From Sphingomicrobium sp. (GTDB taxonomy: Bacteria > Pseudomonadota > Alphaproteobacteria > Sphingomonadales > Sphingomonadaceae), in NCBI GenBank assembly GCA_036402035.1, contig DASWTR010000031.1, forward strand, positions 1 through 62,914: 62,914 bases of DNA. Reading direction: 5' to 3'. The notes under the pieces are model-generated. The model had not been told where the DNA came from. It saw only the letters and a program-made list of their open reading frames with translations, and ran no database searches. Shown one piece after another: positions 56,866-62,914 of the stretch. The position numbers and the translations under genes are program-made. Positions within the stretch are counted from its first letter, which is position 1. Every line of letters begins with the position of its first letter.

Positions 56866-57996
56866 ATGATGGGCTTGTCCCTCACCCGCATGATGGCGGT
56901 GCTGACCAAGGAGTTCACGCAGCTGGTCCGCGACCGCCTGACCTATGCCATGATCATCGGCGTTCCGGTGTTTCAGCTGCTGCTGTTCGGCTATGCGATC
57001 AACACCGATCCCAAGCATCTGCCGACCGCGGTACTGGTCCAGGACCAGGGGCAGTTTTCCCGCTCGATTCTCGGTTCGCTCCAGCGCAGCGATTATTTCC
57101 GGATCGACCATGTCGCCCGCTCGCCGGCCGAGATGGATGGGCTGATCGAGCGCGGCGCCGTCCAGTTCGCGATCACCATTCCGGGCGATTTCACCCGCCG
57201 CGTCGTGCGGCAGGACAATGCCCAGATACTGGTCGAAGCCGACGCGTCCGACCCGGCCGCCACCGGCAGCGCGGTCGCCGCGCTGGCTTCGCTCCCAACC
57301 GAAGGCTTGAAGCACGACCTCAAGGGCCCGCTGGCGCAACCCGCCATGGCGCCACCGTTCGAGGTCGTCGTCCAGCGCCGTTACAACCCGGAAAGCATCA
57401 CCAGCTACAACATCGTCCCCGGCCTGGTCGCGACCATCCTTACCATGACCTTGGTGATGATGACCGCACTGGCCATGACACGCGAGACCGAACGCGGGAC
57501 GATGGAGACTTTGCTCTCCACGCCGCTGAGGCCGCTGGAGGTGATGGTCGGCAAGCTGACCCCGTTCGTGCTGGTCGGGATCATCCAGGCGACGATCATT
57601 ATCTCCATGGCCTGGCTGCTGTTCGGCGTGCCGATGGCCGGCGGCTGGGCGGCGCTGATCCTTGGCCTGTTCCTGTTCATCGTCGGCAGCCTGGCGCTCG
57701 GCTTTCTGGTCTCGACCGTCGCCCGCAACCAGCTGCAGGCGATGCAGATGAGCTTCTTCTACTTCCTGCCCTCGATCCTGCTCAGCGGCTTCCTCTTTCC
57801 GTTCCGCGGCATGCCCGAATGGGCGCAATGGCTGGGCTCCATCCTCCCCGTCACCCACATGCTGAGGGTGGTCCGCGGCGCGATGCTCAAAGGGGTCGGC
57901 CTGGCTGAGGCGGCGCCGAGCCTAGGGGCGCTGGCCCTGTTCGTGGTGATCGTCGCCGGGATCGCCGTGAAGAAGTACCGGACGACGCTGGATTAG
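56866..57996 (+). CDS. ABC-2 type permease (YbhS/R-like)
   Basis: KEFTQLVRDR, YNP, RETERGTME and LLSGF motifs. Confidence 0.93.
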   Translation: MMGLSLTRMMAVLTKEFTQLVRDRLTYAMIIGVPVFQLLLFGYAINTDPKHLPTAVLVQDQGQFSRSILGSLQRSDYFRIDHVARSPAEMDGLIERGAVQFAITIPGDFTRRVVRQDNAQILVEADASDPAATGSAVAALASLPTEGLKHDLKGPLAQPAMAPPFEVVVQRRYNPESITSYNIVPGLVATILTMTLVMMTALAMTRETERGTMETLLSTPLRPLEVMVGKLTPFVLVGIIQATIIISMAWLLFGVPMAGGWAALILGLFLFIVGSLALGFLVSTVARNQLQAMQMSFFYFLPSILLSGFLFPFRGMPEWAQWLGSILPVTHMLRVVRGAMLKGVGLAEAAPSLGALALFVVIVAGIAVKKYRTTLD

Positions 57997-57997
57997 C
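57969..57997 (+). repeat. Direct repeat, copy 1 (permease 3' end)
   Basis: GAAGAAGTACCGGACGACgcTGGaTTAGC is 26/29 identical to 60244-60272. Confidence 0.85.
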
Positions 57998-58000
57998 CTA

Positions 58001-58048
58001 ATGTCCGCACTTGGCCGTTTGTGGCCGAAAGGGGTGGAAAGTGCCTAC
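58001..58048 (+). repeat. Cassette-boundary site 1 (half-site plus 28-bp unit)
   Basis: ATGTCCGCACT-TGGCCG-TTT then GTGGCCGAAAG-GGGTGG-AAAGTGCCTAC; overlaps the VOC stop. Confidence 0.65.
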
Positions 58049-58434
58049 GATGTCAGGTTTTCCATGGCTTCCGCTTTCTTGAACTCAAACAGCTCAATGA
58101 GGTTACCCGACGGGTCTTCCACGAGCCTCGCGCGCCCGGCACCTGCCTCGCTAATCTCTCCCTTGAACTTAGCGCCAGCGTTGCTCAGCCGCTCGATGAG
58201 AGCGTCGATGCGGTCAGTAACCAACATGAACCTGTTCCAACCGCCGGGCTGTGGATCGCCTCCCGCCGTGCCTCCACTGCCTGCACCGGGCGCACTGAGG
58301 TAAAGCGTTAGGTCGTTATGTTTGAGCGCCGCGAACTTCCCCGGATTATGCATTTCAACATCGAACTCGAGCCTGTCCCGATAAAATTCGACCGAGCGAT
58401 CAACATCGCTCACAATGTATCTAACGGATGCCAT
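58045..58434 (-). CDS. VOC/glyoxalase family protein
   Basis: VRYIVSDVDRSVEFY...PGGWNR...DPSGNLIELFE pattern; AAGGAG RBS. Confidence 0.9.
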   Translation of the reverse strand: MASVRYIVSDVDRSVEFYRDRLEFDVEMHNPGKFAALKHNDLTLYLSAPGAGSGGTAGGDPQPGGWNRFMLVTDRIDALIERLSNAGAKFKGEISEAGAGRARLVEDPSGNLIELFEFKKAEAMENLTS

Positions 58435-58520
58435 TGCATGCACTCCTTGCCCTTGAGACGATCGCTCAGCCGGAGGACAAACGCAAACGCCAGCGAAGGC
58501 TTCCCAATTATCGGTCGCCG

Positions 58521-58548
58521 GTGGCAGGAATGGGTGGAAAGCGGACAT
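58521..58548 (+). repeat. Cassette-boundary site 2 (28 bp)
   Basis: GTGGCAGGAAT-GGGTGG-AAAGCGGACAT, 18 nt past the DUF1993 stop. Confidence 0.75.
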
Positions 58549-58566
58549 CTGCGGCGGTCGGGACTG

Positions 58567-59079
58567 CTACTCCGCGTTCGGCACCTTATGCCGATCCATA
58601 TGGGGCAAGAAATCCATCTTGCCCACGGCCAACCCCGCGCTGCGCAGCAAGGCATATGCCATCGTCACGTGGAAGTAGAAGTTTGGCATAATCCAATCTC
58701 GAATGTCCTCTTCCGACGTCATCAAAAAGCGGACGCCATTCGGCAATGTTAGATCGACAGCCACATCTGGTGCCGCCCATTCCGTCGGGTCCGCTTGATC
58801 AATCTGCGAGCGCACCGCGGCAATGCGTTCGCGAAGCTCCGCGAGCGATCGATAGGGCGCCTCTTCGAGCGGCACTGTTTTCCCGGCGACTTGATTGAGT
58901 GCCAACAGCACCTGATTGATTGCGACGCGAAACTGCAACTCTAAAGTAAACATGTCCTCGGTGAGTTTCACCGCCAACACATCGTCCGCCATACCGGCCT
59001 CCTCGGCCTTGGCAACGAGGTGATCGAGAGTGCCGAGCATGTCGGCGAAGACTATCCGAGCTGAATGAGCGTAAGACAT
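58567..59079 (-). CDS. DUF1993 family protein
   Basis: KLTEDMFTL...PNFYFHVTMAYALLRSAGLAVGKMDFL pattern. Confidence 0.88.
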   Translation of the reverse strand: MSYAHSARIVFADMLGTLDHLVAKAEEAGMADDVLAVKLTEDMFTLELQFRVAINQVLLALNQVAGKTVPLEEAPYRSLAELRERIAAVRSQIDQADPTEWAAPDVAVDLTLPNGVRFLMTSEEDIRDWIMPNFYFHVTMAYALLRSAGLAVGKMDFLPHMDRHKVPNAE

Positions 59080-59130
59080 CACGGACGCTCTGCAGCAGAG
59101 TCTCAAATCGGTCAAAACATCCAGCAGTTA

Positions 59131-59179
59131 AGGTCGGCAATGGGGTCGATTGTGGCCGCTAAGAGTGGAAAGCGGACAT
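59131..59179 (+). repeat. Cassette-boundary site 3 (half-site plus 28-bp unit)
   Basis: AGGTCGGCAAT-GGGGTCGATT then GTGGCCGCTAA-GAGTGG-AAAGCGGACAT, 6 nt past the stop of 59186-59464. Confidence 0.75.
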
Positions 59180-59185
59180 CACCGC

Positions 59186-59464
59186 TCAGAGGCAAGGTCC
59201 GACCATACAGGAGGCGGACAAGGTAAGCATGGGCAGCAGGAAGATGGAGACGAGGGTATAGGCAATGCCAACCGCGATGATAACCGATACCCGCCACTTC
59301 GATGTCAGCAATGCCGCCATGCCGACGGACCAGATTGCGATAAGGATGCTCGCGATGCGCAGCTCTCCCGAGGTGGTGAGCAAAATCCTCAAATGTGCCA
59401 GCGAATAGATGAGAAACGGCGGCGCCAGCACCATGATCGCGATCGTTCGGAAAGTGCGCGGCAT
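59186..59464 (-). CDS. Small hypothetical membrane protein (3 TM)
   Basis: 92-aa hydrophobic ORF ending SCMVGPCL; it fills the space between two repeat sites. Confidence 0.6.
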   Translation of the reverse strand: MPRTFRTIAIMVLAPPFLIYSLAHLRILLTTSGELRIASILIAIWSVGMAALLTSKWRVSVIIAVGIAYTLVSIFLLPMLTLSASCMVGPCL

Positions 59465-59488
59465 TAATCCAGCTTAGCTGAGCCGGCC

Positions 59489-59499
59489 ATGTCCGCAAC
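59489..59499 (+). repeat. Cassette-boundary half-site 4
   Basis: ATGTCCGCAAC is a left arm only; its first 9 bp match 58001-58009. Confidence 0.55.
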
Positions 59500-59568
59500 G
59501 ATCCAGCCGCCCCGCGATCCTCTCGGGCCTTTCCTTGAAACGCGGGCGGATCGGCCCATAATCCTGTC

Positions 59569-60237
59569 ATGGACATGCGGCCTGCCTATCCGTCCTTGAA
59601 CGATCGGATGACCAGCTATTGGGAGCGCGGCGTGCGCATCGCGACGCGCTTCGCGATCGCGTTCGGCCTGTCGACGCTGGCCGGTATCGGCATCGGATTT
59701 GCCGTGACCGACAATGTGTTGGCCCAAATCTTCGTCACCGTCCTCGCCGCCTTCGCGCTGTGGATCCCGTTCGTAGTCGGGGTTGCGCGCTTCGAAGGGT
59801 GGCGGGAAGCGCGGCGCAATCGCAAGGCGCTGGCCGGCCTGCCGATCGCCCAACAGGCCAACAAGCCTTTCGAGCAGGATTGGCAGCGCCTGTGGGCCGT
59901 AGCGCCGACGGAGCGGTCCCGGCTCTCGGCAATCAAATCCTCGATCGACCGGAGCCGGCTGGCGCTGGGCAAGGCCGAACTCGACCCGAACGCGCATGAT
60001 CTGTGCGTACTGATCGACCGGCGCCTGCCCGAGCTAATCCGCCACGAGCTGGACGATCTGCCGCCCGACGATGCCGGCCGGCGCCGCCAGGTCGGCGAGC
60101 TGATCGACCTGGTCGAGCAGTTCGCCCGGCATTGCGGCCGCCAGCGCGACGGCGTTTCCAGCGGCAAATCGCGCGAGGCGGAAATCCTTCGCCGCCGCTT
60201 CGAGGCCCGGCTCGCCGATTATCGCGACGGGCTGTGA
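59569..60237 (+). CDS. Hypothetical membrane protein (2 TM plus helical domain)
   Basis: 222-aa ORF with host-like codon use. Confidence 0.7.
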   Translation: MDMRPAYPSLNDRMTSYWERGVRIATRFAIAFGLSTLAGIGIGFAVTDNVLAQIFVTVLAAFALWIPFVVGVARFEGWREARRNRKALAGLPIAQQANKPFEQDWQRLWAVAPTERSRLSAIKSSIDRSRLALGKAELDPNAHDLCVLIDRRLPELIRHELDDLPPDDAGRRRQVGELIDLVEQFARHCGRQRDGVSSGKSREAEILRRRFEARLADYRDGL

Positions 60238-60243
60238 TTCCCG

Positions 60244-60272
60244 GAAGAAGTACCGGACGACCTTGGCTTAGC
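60244..60272 (+). repeat. Direct repeat, copy 2 (duplicated permease 3' end, KKYRTTLA*)
   Basis: GAAGAAGTACCGGACGACctTGGcTTAGC; first 18 bp identical to 57969-57986. Confidence 0.85.
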
Positions 60273-61245
60273 GCTTCGCCGCCGTCCGCTGCTCCGTGGT
60301 CCAGTCGATCGGCCCTTCGGCAAAGCGCTGGCGCAGCCGCTCGAGCGAGATCCGGTTGCCCTCGGTAAAGAAGCCGGCCAGCTGCCGGCCTGCTTCGTCA
60401 TCGGCATAGCCGGCGCTGACCAGACGGACCCGGGTCCGTCCCTCGCCGGCCGGTTCCAGCTCGATCCAGTGGGTCGTGCGGCTGAAGCTTTCGAAATTGG
60501 GGAACCCCTTGGGCGCCTTGGTGGTGCGGAAGGCGATCAGCCGCTCCGGCACCTTGAGGATGATCTGCTGGCGGATGGTGGTGTCGTCGCCGCGCGCCGC
60601 CGCCGGGGCATAGCTGGTTTCCAGCAGTTCGCCCTCCATCCAGGCAGTCGGCACCGCCCAGCTTTTCCAGCCCTCGGCGGTGGCGATCGCGGCCCAGGCC
60701 TCGGCTGGCGGGGCCGCGACCGTCGTTTCGTGAACCAGAATCTGACTGCCGTCCGCCGCCTTCTCGGCGCGGATCGACACCGGCGCCGCGACGCGCCGAT
60801 ACACCACTGTCCGATTCATCGACGGCAGGTCGGCGGACGAGGTCACGGACTGGTAAGCATCCGCGCCCTGCCGCTGCCAATGCGTGGCGATGGCGATGTC
60901 CTTGCCGTCCTTGGTGCGATGACGCTCGGTGCCGAAGTCGAGCCGGTCGCCGTCGCCTTTCATCGAGCCGCGACTGACGCCCCCGACCGAGTTCCAATAG
61001 GTGTAGCTGACGCCCTGTCCGTCGCGGCTGTAGATGGTCTCGCCACGATAAAGCTTCTTGCCGCCCTTCACCTCATGGCGGTCGCGGATATGCTGGCCAT
61101 CATAGAGGCTGTCGTAGCAGTGGGTGTCGACCTGGCCGTTCTCGAACTTCCCTTCCCAGCAATGGCCGACCAGGAAGGCCATCGGCTGGAAGGCCGGGGG
61201 GATCGTCGCGGGCTCCGCGGCCAGCGCGGCAAGCAGGATCAGCAT
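60268..61245 (-). CDS. Secreted two-domain protein with a C-terminal SRPBCC domain
   Basis: Signal peptide, AFLVGHCWEG N-terminal domain and VAAPPAEAWAAIATAEG...GRTRVRL START-like domain. Confidence 0.72.
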   Translation of the reverse strand: MLILLAALAAEPATIPPAFQPMAFLVGHCWEGKFENGQVDTHCYDSLYDGQHIRDRHEVKGGKKLYRGETIYSRDGQGVSYTYWNSVGGVSRGSMKGDGDRLDFGTERHRTKDGKDIAIATHWQRQGADAYQSVTSSADLPSMNRTVVYRRVAAPVSIRAEKAADGSQILVHETTVAAPPAEAWAAIATAEGWKSWAVPTAWMEGELLETSYAPAAARGDDTTIRQQIILKVPERLIAFRTTKAPKGFPNFESFSRTTHWIELEPAGEGRTRVRLVSAGYADDEAGRQLAGFFTEGNRISLERLRQRFAEGPIDWTTEQRTAAKR

Positions 61246-61249
61246 CAGC

Positions 61250-61837
61250 TCACTCCTTCTTCAGACAGTCGAGATAATTGCGCAGTTGCTCGACGGCGCG
61301 GTCGTAATGGCCGATGTCGCGGTAAGTGCGGGTCTGCATCACCGCCCCTTCCATCACCGTCAGCACCAGCTCCGCCAACCCCTGCGTATCGGTACGCCGG
61401 TCGAGCTGCGCCTGGTCGAGACAGGTCTTCACCGCCTCGGTCCAGTTGGCGAAATTGGCGGCGATCAGCTCGCGTATGTCGGGGTCGGGCTCGTGCAGCT
61501 CCAGCGCCAGGCTGCCGATCGGGCAGCCGTAGAAACAATCGGTCTCGACCAGCAGCCGGCGATAGGTGCCGAGCAGCGCGAAGACTTTCTCGATCGGGTC
61601 CTCGACATCGCCCCAGCTCGGCTCCAGCAGCATCGGGCCGATCCCGTCCCGATAAGCCTCCAGCACCGCGACCAGCAGCTCCTGCTTGCCCTTGAAGAAG
61701 TAATAGAGGCTGCCGCTGTTGACCTTGGCGGTCTCGAGGATGTCGGCGATCGAGGTGGAGCCATAGCCCTTACGCCAGAACAGCTCCATCGCCGCATGCA
61801 CGATTCGGTCGCGGGTGGAGGTCGCTGGCGAGTCCAT
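61250..61837 (-). CDS. TetR family regulator
   Basis: HTH TSIADILETAKVNSGSLYYFFKGK plus GCPIG. Confidence 0.92.
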   Translation of the reverse strand: MDSPATSTRDRIVHAAMELFWRKGYGSTSIADILETAKVNSGSLYYFFKGKQELLVAVLEAYRDGIGPMLLEPSWGDVEDPIEKVFALLGTYRRLLVETDCFYGCPIGSLALELHEPDPDIRELIAANFANWTEAVKTCLDQAQLDRRTDTQGLAELVLTVMEGAVMQTRTYRDIGHYDRAVEQLRNYLDCLKKE

Positions 61838-61847
61838 GCGCCAATTG

Positions 61848-61867
61848 TTGATTGAACGTTCAATCAA
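61848..61867. promoter_or_regulatory. TetR operator
   Basis: Perfect 20-bp palindrome TTGATTGAACGTTCAATCAA, 10 bp upstream of the TetR ATG. Confidence 0.85.
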
Positions 61868-61969
61868 GTCAAGTCGCTTGGTCTAAGGAGATCCGCTAAG
61901 CCTAGCCCGAGCTTTCGCCGCACCTTTTTTCTGCGCTAGTGAGACTTCGACATCAAAGCGGAGGGATGC

Positions 61970-62914
61970 ATGGAATCGATCGGCCTGGACCTCGTGACCA
62001 TGCAGCGCGTGCCGCTGGCCCAATCCCATGTCGAACGGCTTCGCGCTGCAGGGCGGGAGCGGAGCTACGACGCCGGCCAGATGGTGACCGAGGCCGGTGA
62101 GCCGATGGATCGGTTCATCTACGTGGTCGAGGGCGAGATCGAGCCGTTCGATCCGACCACTGGCCAACGGCCGATCAACGCGACGCTCGGCCCGACCCAG
62201 TTCGCGGGCGAGCTCAGTTTCCTGTCTGGCGGCGCCTGGGGACTAGCCATGCGCGCAACCCGGCTAACCCACACCGTCGAAGTCGACCGGGCCGACATGC
62301 TCGCCCTGATGAGCGAAATTCCCGAGCTGGGCGATCATGTGCTGACCGTGTTCGCAGCACGACGTCGAAGGCAGTTCGAGGTCGGCGCCAGCTCCCTTGT
62401 CTTGATCGGAGCGGAGGTCGACCCAGCCGTCCAGCGCGCCGCGATCTTCCTCAGCCGAAACCGCATCCCATTTCGCTCGGCGAAACTCGGCACAGTCGAA
62501 GGCGATGAAACGGCCCGCGCCTGCGCCATCGAGCCGCCGCGGCCTGCGGTCGTGTTCGGCCGGAACGAAGAGGTTCTGGACCCCACGCCGGTTGAGCTCG
62601 CCCGCCGGCTCGGCCTGAACATGGCCATCTGCGACTCCCACGAGATCGACCTGCTGGTCGTCGGCGGCGGGCCGGCCGGGGTCGCGGCTGCGGTCTATGC
62701 GGGGTCGGAAGGGCTGTCCGCTTTGGTAATCGAGGATACCGCAGTCGGCGGGCAGGCCGGCACGTCGAGCAGGATCGAGAATTACATGGGCTTTCCAACC
62801 GGCATTTCGGGCGCGGACCTCGTGTTCCGCGGGCAGATCCAGGCGATGAAGTTCGGCACCCGCTTTGCAATGCCACACCGGGTAACGCGCCTCGAGGAGC
62901 TCGACGACGGCATG
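61970..62914 (+). CDS. cNMP-binding domain fused to a thioredoxin-reductase-like FAD oxidoreductase (3' truncated; not in the ORF track)
   Basis: Manual translation MESIGLDL...GPTQFAGELSFL...VVGGGPAGVAAAVY...GGQAGTSSRIENYMGFPTGISG; GGAGGG RBS; open to the window end. Confidence 0.9.
   Translation, partial: MESIGLDLVTMQRVPLAQSHVERLRAAGRERSYDAGQMVTEAGEPMDRFIYVVEGEIEPFDPTTGQRPINATLGPTQFAGELSFLSGGAWGLAMRATRLTHTVEVDRADMLALMSEIPELGDHVLTVFAARRRRQFEVGASSLVLIGAEVDPAVQRAAIFLSRNRIPFRSAKLGTVEGDETARACAIEPPRPAVVFGRNEEVLDPTPVELARRLGLNMAICDSHEIDLLVVGGGPAGVAAAVYAGSEGLSALVIEDTAVGGQAGTSSRIENYMGFPTGISGADLVFRGQIQAMKFGTRFAMPHRVTRLEELDDGM

Noticed and set aside
58435-58548. MSAFHPFLP... N-terminal extension of the VOC ORF, and the MSALGR... 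ORF at 58001
   Set aside because: These ATGs come from the repeat arm ATGTCCGC. The VOC gene has its own RBS and start at 58434.
58001-59499. Classical integron attC array, pdif module or CRISPR array
   Set aside because: There are no RYYYAAC/GTTRRRY cores, no intI gene and no XerD-type TTATGT arm. The spacers are whole genes rather than 30-40 nt, and no cas genes are present.

Overview
A high-GC alphaproteobacterial chromosome segment; the gene content and order point to Sphingomonadaceae (inference). It is mostly core or housekeeping genes: a GGDEF-EAL protein, a priming sugar transferase, an Flp pilin missing from the ORF track, a class A PBP, nadA, a blaI/blaR1-like pair, DUF1476-bolA-grxD, scoAB, gabD, thiSG, aroQ-accBC, an L,D-transpeptidase, aat, recX, a fatty acyl-AMP ligase, tRNA-Trp-secE-nusG and a TetR-controlled ABC efflux operon. 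I found no CRISPR array, transposase or integrase. The most unusual stretch is 57969-60272. Three co-oriented, AT-richer single genes each have a 28-bp site just past or overlapping their stop codon. The sites have an 11-6-11 arm-spacer-arm layout (consensus ATGTCCGCWWT-GGGTGG-AAAGCGGACAT), like a tyrosine-recombinase site but not attC or dif. The whole islet is bounded by a 29-bp direct repeat of the efflux permease 3' end, so this may be an integron-like gene-cassette array whose recombinase lies elsewhere. A second candidate is a sigma54-driven small RNA of about 80 nt (about 18637-18717) with an upstream enhancer-like site. All product calls come from motif recognition by eye; no database searches were run.
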